Assembly (NCBI GenBank): GCA_018660965.1
Contig: JABJJH010000037.1
Span: 1 to 45,868 of the forward strand
Direction of reading: 5' to 3'
DNA from: Rhodospirillaceae bacterium
Lineage (GTDB): Bacteria > Pseudomonadota > Alphaproteobacteria > UBA8366 > GCA-2717185
Length of the DNA stretch: 45,868 nucleotides
Shown here one piece after another: positions 36,391 through 45,868 of the stretch. Numbering within the stretch: the stretch's first letter is position 1; every line of letters starts with the position of its first letter. The notes under the pieces were generated by a model that was not told the DNA's origin, made no database searches, and worked only from the letters and a program-made list of their open reading frames with translations. The translations under genes and the position numbers were made by a program.

Positions 36391-37527
36391 ATGCAAGAAA
36401 TGACATCACAGGGCGTCGCCCCGCCGCCAATGGCGCCGGTCGCGAAGGCGTTCGGGGCGAAAGCGTTTAGCGCGAAGGCGATTGACGCGAAAACAACCGG
36501 GGTAAAAGCGACCGATGCGCCACCCAAGGTGACGCGTGAACCGCTTTCCGACCATGAACTTTTCCATCTGGAAATCCTCGCTGAAGAGGATGCGTCCATT
36601 GACCTTCCCACCAACCCCAACAGCGCGGGCGCGCAATCCGCTTTTTTCGGCGAGGATGGCCTGACATTCGGGGATGTACTCGACATCATTAACCCGCTGC
36701 AACATATCCCCGTCGTTTCAACCCTGTATCGTGAATTGACAGGGGACGAGATTTCACCGGGCGCGCGCATGGCGGGCGGGGCGCTGTTCGGCGGCCCCAT
36801 CGGGCTCGCTGCAGCGACCGTGAACAGCATCGTCGAAATGTCCACGGGTTCGGACATTGGTAAGGCGGTCGTGGCCGCCATTAACGGCGACGACGCAGCG
36901 CCAGTGACCGTCGCAACGCCCAATCCCACCCCCACAAGCGACGTTTCGCCGGCAATTATCGCAGCGATAACGCAACCTGCCGCCGCGCAAACAATCGCCC
37001 CCCGAATTGCCAGCGGAGAGGCGCCGAGGCCGCCCACGGCCAACAATCCCCAGATGGCGAGCGAAGCGACACCGGGGTCATTGATGAATTTATACAAATC
37101 GACAACGCCGGCGCGGGCCATGACTCCGACCGAAGCCTTATTGCAAGCCAGGGCCGCGGTTCCCCTTGCCGGGTCGGTCAAGGGTTTGGGATATGCATCG
37201 CGGTCCCGGTTCCAACCCGCAGTAACCCCTACTCCCGCACCCACGACGCCGACCACGGCGCCAAAGATTGGCGCGCGTCTGTCCAAACAGTTAACCTTGC
37301 TCGCCGCGCAATCCCAATCGGGGCCAAGCATCCCTCGATCTGACAAAGCCGCGCTCGCAAGGGAGGCGCCGACGAAACCTGTCGGCCAAACGGTTCCGAA
37401 CCCGTCAGCGGGCGCGCACGCGGCCACAACCTCCGAACCTCTTCCAACAAGCCAAATTCCCACCGCCATGCGTGACGCGTTGGACCGATACGAACAGATG
37501 AAACGCCAGCGACTTTCGCCCGGTTAA
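36391..37527 (+). CDS. Hypothetical Ala/Pro/Thr-rich protein with a central conserved-looking core
   Basis: GC3-rich codon pattern in this frame. GGAG lies 6 nt before ATG 36391 (ATG 36376 is also possible). The core reads FGDVLDIINPLQHIPVVSTLYRELTGDEISPGARMAGGALFGGP. No family recognised. Confidence 0.55.
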   Translation: MQEMTSQGVAPPPMAPVAKAFGAKAFSAKAIDAKTTGVKATDAPPKVTREPLSDHELFHLEILAEEDASIDLPTNPNSAGAQSAFFGEDGLTFGDVLDIINPLQHIPVVSTLYRELTGDEISPGARMAGGALFGGPIGLAAATVNSIVEMSTGSDIGKAVVAAINGDDAAPVTVATPNPTPTSDVSPAIIAAITQPAAAQTIAPRIASGEAPRPPTANNPQMASEATPGSLMNLYKSTTPARAMTPTEALLQARAAVPLAGSVKGLGYASRSRFQPAVTPTPAPTTPTTAPKIGARLSKQLTLLAAQSQSGPSIPRSDKAALAREAPTKPVGQTVPNPSAGAHAATTSEPLPTSQIPTAMRDALDRYEQMKRQRLSPG

Positions 37528-37568
37528 CCGGCTTGGCGCAACATCGGCCCATGGTATAAGTCCAATCC

Positions 37569-38087
37569 ATGGACATGCAGGTTTTCGCGGATAATCGTTT
37601 GCTGTGGCGGGATCGAACCTATCGGTGCGCACTCGGCCGATCAGGACTCAGCGCCGATAAGTCCGAAGGCGACGGGGCGACGCCCGTGGGATGTTTTGAC
37701 CTTCGCCGCGTGATGTATCGCGATGACCGTCTTGCGCAACCGAAAACCCGCCTGCCCGTCGCGCCCTTGGCGCCGAACGATGGTTGGTGCGACGACCCGG
37801 AACACCCGCGCTATAACCAGCCTGTCACCCGACCGTTCGAGCATAGCCACGAAGCCCTGTGGCGAGACGATAATCTCTACGACGTCATCGTGATTTTGGG
37901 CCACAACGACGACCCACCGGTTCGCGGTGCGGGCAGCGCGATATTTCTGCATGTCGCCCGCCCCGATTACGGCCCCACCGAAGGCTGCGTCGCCATGGCG
38001 GCGACGGATCTGCTCGAAATTCTATCGACCTGTGGCCCCGGCGACAGGATACGGATTCTTAACGCGGCTGGCGTTCCCCGAAAATAG
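37569..38087 (+). CDS. L,D-transpeptidase (YkuD-like) catalytic domain family protein
   Basis: GSAIFLHVARPDYGPTEGCVAM carries the His...Cys catalytic arrangement of YkuD domains. No signal peptide is obvious. Confidence 0.78.
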   Translation: MDMQVFADNRLLWRDRTYRCALGRSGLSADKSEGDGATPVGCFDLRRVMYRDDRLAQPKTRLPVAPLAPNDGWCDDPEHPRYNQPVTRPFEHSHEALWRDDNLYDVIVILGHNDDPPVRGAGSAIFLHVARPDYGPTEGCVAMAATDLLEILSTCGPGDRIRILNAAGVPRK

Positions 38088-38742
38088 CCGTGCCAACACG
38101 CACATGCGTGGCGCCGAACGCGATGGCGATTTCATAATCCGCCGACATGCCCATGCTAAGGTTTTTCAACCCATGGCGCGCCGCGATTTCCCGCAGCAAA
38201 GCGAAATGAAGCGACGGCTCCTCGCCGACCGGCGGAATGCACATAAGCCCCGTAACCCAAAGGCCATGGTCCTTAAGGCAGCTTTCGATAAACGCATCGG
38301 CGTCTTCCGGCAGGATTCCCGCCTTTTGCGCCTCCGCGCCGGTATTGATTTGCACAAAACATTCGAGCCGTTTATTGGCGTGCGTCATTTCCTTCGCCAA
38401 CGCTGCCGCCAGTTTCGGTCGATCGACGGTCTCGATAACGTCGAACAGCGCAACGGCGTTGCGGACTTTATTGGTCTGCAATGGCCCGATAAGATGCAGC
38501 CGCGCGTCGGGATACTGCGCTTTCAGTTCCGGCCATTTTGCTTCGGCTTCCTGCACGCGGTTTTCGCCGAAGACCATATGACCCGCCGCCAACGCCGCGC
38601 GCGACCGTTCGCCCGGATGCGCCTTGCCCACTGCCACCAACGTCACCGAATTCGGATCACGGTCAGCGTTGCGCGCCGCATCGGCGATTTTTGCTTCAAC
38701 TGCTTTCAAATTCGCCGCGATATCCAACACATCCACCATCAT
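38059..38742 (-). CDS. yggS: YggS-family pyridoxal-phosphate homeostasis protein
   Basis: VTLVAVGKAHP (PLP Lys), GENRVQE, LHLIGPLQTNK, LSMGMSADYEIAI, THVRVGTAIFG. Confidence 0.9.
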   Translation of the reverse strand: MMVDVLDIAANLKAVEAKIADAARNADRDPNSVTLVAVGKAHPGERSRAALAAGHMVFGENRVQEAEAKWPELKAQYPDARLHLIGPLQTNKVRNAVALFDVIETVDRPKLAAALAKEMTHANKRLECFVQINTGAEAQKAGILPEDADAFIESCLKDHGLWVTGLMCIPPVGEEPSLHFALLREIAARHGLKNLSMGMSADYEIAIAFGATHVRVGTAIFGERQPR

Positions 38743-38900
38743 TTCGTCTTTCGATCACGCGTTGCATAATGAACCGATGGCCCACATCTTATATTATAAT
38801 GGCCCTTTAGATTTGTAAGCCATGCAATCCATGATCATTAAATATTCACCACGGCATAATCCTATGGCAAAGTTGCCCCGTTATCGGGCATAAAGCGTTC

Positions 38901-39419
38901 ATGATGATGATAAACCGTTTCCTGAAAATACTGCCGCTACTCCTCGTGATTGGCGGCTGCGGCGCTTTTGGCATTCAACCAGACCCACCACCGCCAACGG
39001 CGGTTCCGCAGGCCACTTCCTCTGGCGCCGGCGAGGGGGGGCTTATAGACAAGTGGTTTGGCGATAAATCTTCCGGCGAGGGCGGCGGCGGCGGAATCGC
39101 GGTAAACAGCTTTCTGTGGCGCGCATCGCTCGACACTATGTCCTTCATGCCGCTTAAACATTCCGACCCGTTCGGCGGCGTCATAAATTACGACTGGTAT
39201 TCGCCGCCCGAATCTCCCGGCGAACGGTTGAAGGTCACGATCTACATTCTGGACCGCCAATTGCGGGCCGACGGCCTGCGCATTTCGGTTTTTCGGCAAA
39301 CGCGGTCCGGCGAGGCCTGGCTTTCGGCCAAGATTGATCCGAAGACGACGCGCGATCTGGAAAACGCGATTCTGAAACGGGCGCGCGAAATGCGCATTGC
39401 GTCCAGCGTCATAAAATAA
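38901..39419 (+). CDS. DUF3576-like lipoprotein
   Basis: Lipobox LLVIGGC, then [17 protein letters not shown]...[12 protein letters not shown]. The position upstream of leuS fits what I recall for this family. Confidence 0.72.
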   Translation: MMMINRFLKILPLLLVIGGCGAFGIQPDPPPPTAVPQATSSGAGEGGLIDKWFGDKSSGEGGGGGIAVNSFLWRASLDTMSFMPLKHSDPFGGVINYDWYSPPESPGERLKVTIYILDRQLRADGLRISVFRQTRSGEAWLSAKIDPKTTRDLENAILKRAREMRIASSVIK

Positions 39420-39465
39420 TAAGCGCCTGAAATTTTCATCTGTATTTGAATACGCGAGTCACGGC

Positions 39466-42036
39466 ATGAGCCGATACAATCCAAAAGAAACCGAAGCCAA
39501 GTGGCGAAAAGTCTGGGAAGACCAGGCCGTCTTCGAAGTTTCGGAGAAACCCGGCGTCGAAAAGTATTATGTTCTCGAAATGTTTCCGTACCCGTCCGGG
39601 CGGATTCACATGGGGCATGTCCGCAACTACACCATGGGCGACGTCGTCGCACGTTTCAAGCGGGCGCAAGGCTATAACGTATTGCATCCCATGGGATGGG
39701 ATTCATTTGGGTTGCCGGCGGAAAACGCCGCTTTTGAAAACAAGGTCCATCCGGCCAAATGGACGCGCGAAAACATCGCCATCATGCGCGACCAACTCAA
39801 ATCAATGGGTCTTTCCATCGACTGGAGCCGGGAAATTTCGACATGTGAGCCGGAATACTACCGCCACGAACAAAAGATGTTTTTGGACTTTCTCAAACAC
39901 GACCTTGCCTACAAACAAGAATCCTGGGTGAACTGGGATCCTGTCGAAAACACGGTGCTGGCGAACGAACAGGTTATCGACGGACGCGGTTGGCGCTCCG
40001 GCGCGGCGGTCGAACGCAAACAGCTCTCACAATGGTTTTTTCGCATCACCGCCTTTGCCGACGAACTTCTCGATGCGCTTGGCGCCATGGAGCGGTGGCC
40101 GGAAAAAGTCCGAACCATGCAAACCAACTGGATCAACCGGTCGGAAGGCGCGCGGGTTTTTTTCCCGTATGCCGACCAGACCGCCAAAAACGGTCGCCAG
40201 GGCTCCTTGGAAGTGTTCACGACGCGGCCGGACACATTGTTCGGCGCTTCGTTCTGCGCTTTATCGCCAAATCACCCTCTGGCTCTCGAATTGGCGAAAA
40301 CCAATACCGAACTGGCCGCGTTCCTGACCGAATGCGCGCAACTGGGCACCAGCGAGGAGGCGATCGAAAAGGCCGAGAAACGCGGCTTCGACACTGGCGT
40401 GACCGTGCGCCATCCCTTTGATCTTGATTGGGAATTGCCAGTTTACATCGCTAATTTTGTCCTCATGGATTACGGCACCGGCGCGATATTTGGCTGCCCA
40501 GCGCACGACCAGCGGGATCTGGACTTCGCGCGCAAATATGATTTACGCGTCGTCCCCGTGGTGCTCCCCAAGGATGTGGACCCTGCCGAATTTTCGGTCG
40601 GCGACGAGGCCTATGTCGGCGACGGTGCGTTGTATAATTCGGGGTTTCTGGACGGTTTAGACGTCAAATCAGCCATCAGCCAAGCCATCGAGAAGCTTGT
40701 CGCGGACAATCTTGGCGAAGGAACGATCAACTACCGTTTGCGTGACTGGGGTGTTTCGCGGCAACGCTATTGGGGTTGCCCGATCCCGGTTATCCATTGT
40801 AGCGATTGCGGCATCGTGCCGGTTCCCGAAGCGGATTTGCCTGTCACCTTGCCCGATGACGTGTCTTTTGACGTGCCGGGCAGTCCGCTGGACCATCACC
40901 CAACCTGGAAACATGTCGATTGCCCGAGTTGCGGCAAGCCCGCCACGCGGGAAACCGATACATTCGACACCTTCGTCGAATCGTCCTGGTATTTCGCACG
41001 GTTTTGCGCGCCCGTCGATGACGCCGCGTTTACCCGCGCAGCGGTCGATTACTGGATGCCCGTGGATCAATATATTGGCGGTGTCGAACACGCGGTGCTG
41101 CATTTACTGTATGCGCGGTTCTTTACACGTGCGTTAAAACAATGTGGATATCTCGGCGTCGATGAACCCTTCGACGGCCTGTTTACCCAAGGTATGGTGT
41201 GCCACGAAACCTATCGAGACGCCGATGGCGGTTGGGTCTTCCCCGATGACGCGCGCCCCGACGGCGACGGCGGTTACCTCAACGCGAACACAGGCGGACC
41301 GATTACCGTCGGGCGCTCGGAAAAAATGAGCAAATCGCGCCGCAATGTCGTTGATCCCGAAGTGATCCTTGATGCTTACGGCGCAGATGCGGGGCGGCTG
41401 TTCATGATGTCCGACAGCCCGCCCGAACGGGACCTTGAATGGACTGAAGCAGGAATCGACGGGGCCTGGCGCTATGTTAACCGGCTTTGGCGGCTGGTGA
41501 CGGGCGCCGTTGACACAATACCGGCGGCAGATAGCGAAATTCCGGATGACATCAGCGCCGCTGATTTGGAAAAATTACGCGTCATGCACAAAACCATCGA
41601 CGCCGTCACCGCCGATCTTGAACGGTTCCGGTTTAACCGCGCCGTCGCGCGGGTTCGTGAATTGAGCAATTTGCTGTCTGGCGACGTTGAAAACCCCGGT
41701 GTACTGCGATTTGGGCTCGAATCACTGGTCCAGCTTCTTGGCCCAATGATGCCGCACATCGCAGAAGAGTTATGGCGTCGTCTGGGCCACGAAACGTTTC
41801 TGGCCGACACGCCATGGCCACGCGCTGATTCGACGCTGCTTTCCGATGAAACCGTGACCCTTGCGGTCCAGGTGAGGGGCAAACTGCGCGGGACGATAGA
41901 CATGCCGATTAACAGTGATGACGCCGCCGTCGAACAGGCGGCGCTCGCCCTGGATGGCGTCCAGCGGATTACCGGCGGCGCGACGCCGCGCAAGATCATC
42001 GTTATTCCCAACAAGGTGGTCAATGTCGTTCTTTAG
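39466..42036 (+). CDS. leuS: Leucine--tRNA ligase
   Basis: [16 protein letters not shown] (HIGH), KMSKSRRN (KMSKS), 856 aa, with a CP1 editing insertion. Confidence 0.97.
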   Translation: MSRYNPKETEAKWRKVWEDQAVFEVSEKPGVEKYYVLEMFPYPSGRIHMGHVRNYTMGDVVARFKRAQGYNVLHPMGWDSFGLPAENAAFENKVHPAKWTRENIAIMRDQLKSMGLSIDWSREISTCEPEYYRHEQKMFLDFLKHDLAYKQESWVNWDPVENTVLANEQVIDGRGWRSGAAVERKQLSQWFFRITAFADELLDALGAMERWPEKVRTMQTNWINRSEGARVFFPYADQTAKNGRQGSLEVFTTRPDTLFGASFCALSPNHPLALELAKTNTELAAFLTECAQLGTSEEAIEKAEKRGFDTGVTVRHPFDLDWELPVYIANFVLMDYGTGAIFGCPAHDQRDLDFARKYDLRVVPVVLPKDVDPAEFSVGDEAYVGDGALYNSGFLDGLDVKSAISQAIEKLVADNLGEGTINYRLRDWGVSRQRYWGCPIPVIHCSDCGIVPVPEADLPVTLPDDVSFDVPGSPLDHHPTWKHVDCPSCGKPATRETDTFDTFVESSWYFARFCAPVDDAAFTRAAVDYWMPVDQYIGGVEHAVLHLLYARFFTRALKQCGYLGVDEPFDGLFTQGMVCHETYRDADGGWVFPDDARPDGDGGYLNANTGGPITVGRSEKMSKSRRNVVDPEVILDAYGADAGRLFMMSDSPPERDLEWTEAGIDGAWRYVNRLWRLVTGAVDTIPAADSEIPDDISAADLEKLRVMHKTIDAVTADLERFRFNRAVARVRELSNLLSGDVENPGVLRFGLESLVQLLGPMMPHIAEELWRRLGHETFLADTPWPRADSTLLSDETVTLAVQVRGKLRGTIDMPINSDDAAVEQAALALDGVQRITGGATPRKIIVIPNKVVNVVL

Positions 42037-42541
42037 CAAAACACTTTGTTTCGCAGCGATGCTATGGCTCCTGGCTGGGTGCGGCTTCGAACCATTATAT
42101 GGGTCCAGGGGCCAAGGCTCCCGGGTCGATTCCGCTTTGAGCGAGATACGCATCGCACCTATCAAGGACCGGGCCGGACAGCAGCTGTACAATTATTTAC
42201 TGGATCGACTTAATCCGCGCGGCGCTCCTGATCGCCCACGCTTTATTCTGACGACAACCCTGGCGATCAGTAAAGTCGAACTGGGGATCGAACGCGACGA
42301 AACCGCGACCCGCGCCAAATTAAGCCTGTCCGCCAATTTTTCCCTGCGCAATGCAGCCGATAACGCCGTCGTCTATGCCGGCTCGTCTCAATCGACCAAC
42401 AGTTTCAACATCGTCGAATCAGATTTCGCGACATTAAGCGCCGAAAAGGACGCCATTGATCGCGCCGCACGGGTCGTTAGCGAGGAAATCAAGACTCGGT
42501 TGGGGCTTTATTTGAACCGGACAGTCCCTCCACGCCCCTGA
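42023..42541 (+). CDS. lptE: LPS-assembly lipoprotein LptE
   Basis: [27 protein letters not shown] (lipobox), about 170 aa, in the canonical leuS-lptE-holA position. Overlaps the leuS end by 14 nt. Confidence 0.75.
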   Translation: MSFFSKTLCFAAMLWLLAGCGFEPLYGSRGQGSRVDSALSEIRIAPIKDRAGQQLYNYLLDRLNPRGAPDRPRFILTTTLAISKVELGIERDETATRAKLSLSANFSLRNAADNAVVYAGSSQSTNSFNIVESDFATLSAEKDAIDRAARVVSEEIKTRLGLYLNRTVPPRP

Positions 42542-42567
42542 AATATGGCGAGTGAAAGTTCGAGCGA

Positions 42568-43605
42568 ATGAAAATTCAGGCTAGCCGTATCGAACAATTC
42601 GTTAAATCTCCCGACCCGGCTGTTCGCGCCGTGCTGGTGTACGGCCCGGATTCCGGCCTCGTCCGCGAACGCATAGACGTCCTTACCAAGACCGTTTCGG
42701 AAGACCCCGGGGACCCCTTTCTTGTTGTTGAAATTATGGGATCGGCATTGCGCGACGACCCGGCCCTGCTGGCCGATGAGGCCGCGGCGATTGCATTGAT
42801 GGGCGGTCGCCGGGTGGTTCGTATTCGCGACGCTGCAGATTCCCAAGCCGCAGTATTTAAAATGTTTTTCGAAGACTTGCCTGGCGACGCCCTGGTGTTG
42901 GCGCAGGGCGGTGACCTCTCCCCGCGTTCGGCGCTGCGCAAACTGTTCGAAAGTGAGGACGCTGCCATTGCACTGCCTTGCTATGCGGATGACGAACGAA
43001 GCCTGGACGCCGTCATTCAAGACACACTGAAACAAGACAACGTCTCGATTACGCCCGACGCCGTCGCCTATTTGCAGGCCAATCTTGGAACCGACCGCGG
43101 TCAAACCCGGTCCGAGCTGCGCAAATTGGCGCTATACGCCGGAGACGGTGCACAGGTGACTTTGGATGACGCAATGGCCTGCGTTGGCGATTCCAGCGCC
43201 TTGACCCTCGACACGTTGATTTACGCCGCCGCAGGCGGGGATGCGCCGGGTGTTGATCGCGCCCTGGCCCGAAGTTACCAGGAAGGTATTAATCCGGTTA
43301 CGATTTTGCGCGCCGTCGGGCGTCATATGTTGCGGTTGCAATTGGTTCGCGCGCAAGTGGACAGCGGCAAACGCACCGATGACGCCATGAAATCGCTGCG
43401 CCCTCCGGTGTTTTTTAAAATGAAAGGCCCGTTTAGTCGACAGGTCAGCCTGTGGCGCGGCGCGGCGATTGCACGCGCACTGACTTTGATCCTCGACGCC
43501 GAAACGCAATGTAAGGAAACCGGCATGCCCATGGAGGCTATTTGCGGGCGCACCCTGTTGCAGATCGGGCGTTTGGCCGCCCTCCGCCGAAACGCTGCGC
43601 ATTAG
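42568..43605 (+). CDS. holA: DNA polymerase III subunit delta
   Basis: VRAVLVYGPDSGLVRER opening, about 345 aa, synteny after lptE, with C-terminal helical domains. Confidence 0.85.
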   Translation: MKIQASRIEQFVKSPDPAVRAVLVYGPDSGLVRERIDVLTKTVSEDPGDPFLVVEIMGSALRDDPALLADEAAAIALMGGRRVVRIRDAADSQAAVFKMFFEDLPGDALVLAQGGDLSPRSALRKLFESEDAAIALPCYADDERSLDAVIQDTLKQDNVSITPDAVAYLQANLGTDRGQTRSELRKLALYAGDGAQVTLDDAMACVGDSSALTLDTLIYAAAGGDAPGVDRALARSYQEGINPVTILRAVGRHMLRLQLVRAQVDSGKRTDDAMKSLRPPVFFKMKGPFSRQVSLWRGAAIARALTLILDAETQCKETGMPMEAICGRTLLQIGRLAALRRNAAH

Positions 43606-43620
43606 TTCCAGAGTTGCTGG

Positions 43621-44505
43621 TTAAGGCGCCCCGTGGGTCAAGCGCTGTAAGACATCGTCGAGTTGTTCCAGCGTCTTGTACTGGATGGTCATGGATCCGC
43701 CCTCGCCGCGAACCTTGAATGCTACCTTCAGGCCCAAAAGATCCGTTAAATCCGATTCCAGCGCCGCGATATTTGGGTCCTTATCCTTTGCGGTTGCCGG
43801 CGCTGCAGCGGCAGATTTCGGTTTCGCGGCCTTGACCAACCGCTCGGCCTGACGGACGTTCAAACCGCGCCGGACGATCTGCTGCGCCATCGCAGCAGGG
43901 TCTTCGGCGACGACCAGCGCCCTTGCGTGTCCCGCCGAGAGCTGCCCGTCGTCAATCATCCGCTTCACGTTTTCCGGCAACGACAACAATCGCATCATGT
44001 TGGCGATGTGGCTGCGGCTTTTCCCAACGGCTTGCGCCAAGGTTTCCTGGGTATAGGAAAATTCTTCGGTCAACCGTTGATATGCCGACGCTTCTTCGAC
44101 CGGCGTTAAATCTTCTCGCTGTATATTTTCAACGACGGCGATTGCCAAGGCCGCACTATCGGACAACTCCTTGATAACAACAGGAACTTCGGTTAACTGC
44201 GCCTGTTGCGAGGCGCGCCAGCGACGCTCGCCCGCGACAATTTCATAACTATTCGATTGTTCCGAGTGACGACGAACCAACAGTGGCTGCAGTACGCCTT
44301 GTTCGCGAATGGATTGGACCAGGGTCGCCAGCGCGTCCGGATCGAAAACACGGCGCGGCTGGAATGGTCCCGGCTGCAACTGTTCAATCGGAACCATCTT
44401 CGACAGGCGTAACCGGTCAAGCGACGCGTAATCTTCCGACTCGTCGCCAAGCAGCGCCGACAGGCCCCGTCCCAAACCGCGTTTTTTCGTGTCGTCGGCC
44501 GCCAT
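43621..44505 (-). CDS. parB: Chromosome partitioning protein ParB
   Basis: KRGLGRGLSALL, IVAGERRWRA, ENIQREDLTPVEEA, and an HTH region TQETLAQAVGKSRSHIANMMRLL. Confidence 0.95.
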   Translation of the reverse strand: MAADDTKKRGLGRGLSALLGDESEDYASLDRLRLSKMVPIEQLQPGPFQPRRVFDPDALATLVQSIREQGVLQPLLVRRHSEQSNSYEIVAGERRWRASQQAQLTEVPVVIKELSDSAALAIAVVENIQREDLTPVEEASAYQRLTEEFSYTQETLAQAVGKSRSHIANMMRLLSLPENVKRMIDDGQLSAGHARALVVAEDPAAMAQQIVRRGLNVRQAERLVKAAKPKSAAAAPATAKDKDPNIAALESDLTDLLGLKVAFKVRGEGGSMTIQYKTLEQLDDVLQRLTHGAP

Positions 44506-45371
44506 CAGGCGCTCAATCTACGTTCCAAGTTCAGGCTCCGCTCTTGTTTAAGAACCTCGCCCGCCAAATGAATATACGCCTGGCTGCCCGCGCAGCGCCA
44601 ATCATACAACAACACGGGCTTGCCGAACGACGGCGCTTCGGAAACGCGAACATTTCGCGGAATCACGGTTTGGTAGACCTTGTCACCGAAATGGTCGCGA
44701 ACATCCGCCGCAACCATGTCCGACAAATTGTTGCGCCGGTCATACATGGTCAACACGACTCCCTGAATTTCCAGCGCCGGGTTGAACGCCCGCTTGATCC
44801 TATCAACCGTCTTCACCAAATGACTGAGGCCTTCCAGGGCGTAGAATTCACATTGCAATGGCACCAATACGGCATGCGCAGCGCAAAAGGCGTTCAACGT
44901 CAACAGCCCCAACGCCGGCGGACAATCAATCAAAATGTAATCGAAGTCGCCGGACACGTCGGCCAAAGCGCTCTTCAAGCGAAATTCGCGGCGCGGTACG
45001 TCGATCAACTCCAACTCCGCGCCCGATAAATCCACAGACGATGGCACCACCGACAAACCCGGCACCATCGTTGGGACAATGGCCTCGGCGATTCGCGCGT
45101 CGCCCACCAAAAGACTGTATGTGGTTTCCTTTCGCATGGCGCGCTCAACGCCAAGCCCGGTGCTGGCGTTTCCCTGGGGATCAAGATCGATGATCAGAAC
45201 CTTTTTGCGGATGGCGGCCAAGGCCGTCGCTAAATTCACCGCTGTCGTCGTTTTACCGACGCCGCCTTTTTGGTTCGCGACCGCCAAAATGCGTGGGTCG
45301 CCCCCACTGGCGCCAAGCGTTTTCGTAAGGTCTTCGACTGCATCGCCGGATTCAGGGATTTGGAACGCCAT
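44505..45371 (-). CDS. parA: Chromosome partitioning ATPase ParA (Soj)
   Basis: ILAVANQKGGVGKTTTAVNL (deviant Walker A), VLIIDLDPQGNAS, YILIDCPP. ATG 45371 is chosen because GGAGAGG lies upstream. Confidence 0.95.
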   Translation of the reverse strand: MAFQIPESGDAVEDLTKTLGASGGDPRILAVANQKGGVGKTTTAVNLATALAAIRKKVLIIDLDPQGNASTGLGVERAMRKETTYSLLVGDARIAEAIVPTMVPGLSVVPSSVDLSGAELELIDVPRREFRLKSALADVSGDFDYILIDCPPALGLLTLNAFCAAHAVLVPLQCEFYALEGLSHLVKTVDRIKRAFNPALEIQGVVLTMYDRRNNLSDMVAADVRDHFGDKVYQTVIPRNVRVSEAPSFGKPVLLYDWRCAGSQAYIHLAGEVLKQERSLNLERRLSA

Positions 45372-45868
45372 TTTGGTCCAACCTCTCCACTTGCAAGATG
45401 ACCCCTTCCGGATCAACACTGCTTTTTAAAGTATGAACCCTAATATCCCATAATTTCTGCGCTTTGGTCAATTCATCTTTATGCCGTTTTCCTTTGAGGA
45501 ATAAACATATTGAATTCGGCGCCATATAGGGATTCGCATATTCGATAAGCCGTGGCAACGGCGCCAACGCCCGCGCGGTCACGACATCAACGGGCCACGG
45601 GGTTAACGCTTCGATCCGGTCATTATGAATGTGAATGTCAACGCCGGTTTCACGAGCGGCTTCGCGGAGAAAGGCGCATTTCCGCGTATTCGCTTCCACA
45701 AGGTGGGCCGCCCGCACGCCCATCACCGCCAAAACTAACCCCGGAAACCCGGCGCCCGACCCGAAATCCAGAAGCTCGATATCCATCGAGGGCAGCAAAG
45801 GAACCAGTTGCGCGGAATCGAGAAAATGACGCCGCCAAAGGTCAGAAATCGTGGCGGGTCCCACCAAA
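45352..45868 (-). CDS. rsmG: 16S rRNA (guanine527-N7)-methyltransferase RsmG (GidB); N-terminus outside the window
   Basis: LLDFGSGAGFPGLVLAV SAM motif, VVTARALAPL, and synteny rsmG-parA-parB. The ORF runs to the window edge. Confidence 0.9.
   Translation of the reverse strand, partial: LVGPATISDLWRRHFLDSAQLVPLLPSMDIELLDFGSGAGFPGLVLAVMGVRAAHLVEANTRKCAFLREAARETGVDIHIHNDRIEALTPWPVDVVTARALAPLPRLIEYANPYMAPNSICLFLKGKRHKDELTKAQKLWDIRVHTLKSSVDPEGVILQVERLDQNGVPNP

Noticed and set aside
36156-37469. 437-aa minus-strand ORF, longer than the plus-strand ORF it overlaps
   Set aside because: The plus-strand frame shows GC-rich third positions, a GGAG ribosome-binding site and a structured-looking core. 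The minus-strand product is a Gly/Ala/Val smear whose 5' end would run into the convergent cyclohydrolase gene. This call is not fully certain, hence the moderate confidence on the plus-strand gene.
43606-45868. Search for a parS site (TGTTNCACGTGAAACA-like) around parAB/rsmG, and for CACGTG cores elsewhere
   Set aside because: I could not find a convincing match by eye. The CACGTG occurrences near 1917 and 41128 have non-matching flanks. A computational scan would be needed, so absence is not proven.
1-45868. Checked for mobile elements, defence systems, toxin-antitoxin pairs, CRISPR repeats, tRNA/rRNA genes and riboswitch-sized leaders (for example an FMN element before the ribA-like gene)
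   Set aside because: I recognised no transposase, integrase, phage or restriction-type proteins in any frame. There are no regularly spaced repeats. Intergenic gaps are mostly under 100 bp and lack tRNA-like or riboswitch-like structure. The ribA-like gene has only a 3-nt leader.

Overview
High-GC (roughly 60%) chromosomal segment with alphaproteobacterial gene content and synteny. I support 46 protein-coding genes (two truncated by the window edges). I found no rRNA, tRNA, CRISPR array, transposase, integrase or phage genes. The flanks are housekeeping: on the left a thioredoxin/TPR co-chaperone, Lon-N domain protein, Trm112, UbiH-family hydroxylase, ftsK, lolA-like and xthA; on the right yggS, leuS-lptE-holA and parB-parA-rsmG. 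The middle holds three accessory-looking blocks. (1) 9.4-20.1 kb: a minus-strand operon (atypical ABC exporter with degenerate ATPase motifs and a roughly doubled nucleotide-binding domain, stand-alone cyclic-nucleotide-binding protein, small methyltransferase). It is divergent from a tightly packed plus-strand run of four glycosyltransferases, a histidine phosphatase, a deacetylase-like protein and a small membrane protein. (2) 20.1-26.1 kb: a PepT/Opp-type ABC importer that continues the same plus-strand run with 4-12 bp gaps, ending against a membrane class III nucleotide cyclase. (3) 27.5-36.2 kb: an OmpR-family regulator / MBL hydrolase / methyltransferase operon, followed by an unusual divergent seven-gene cluster. 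That cluster comprises GTP cyclohydrolase II, a RibD-C-type reductase, a PTPS/QueD-fold protein with altered active site, an MDR dehydrogenase, a GT4 glycosyltransferase, a methyltransferase and a CDP-alcohol phosphatidyltransferase. I regard the seven-gene cluster, and the degenerate ABC exporter with its glycosyltransferase locus, as the best candidates for undescribed systems. All functional calls come from by-eye motif recognition in the supplied translations; no database search was run.
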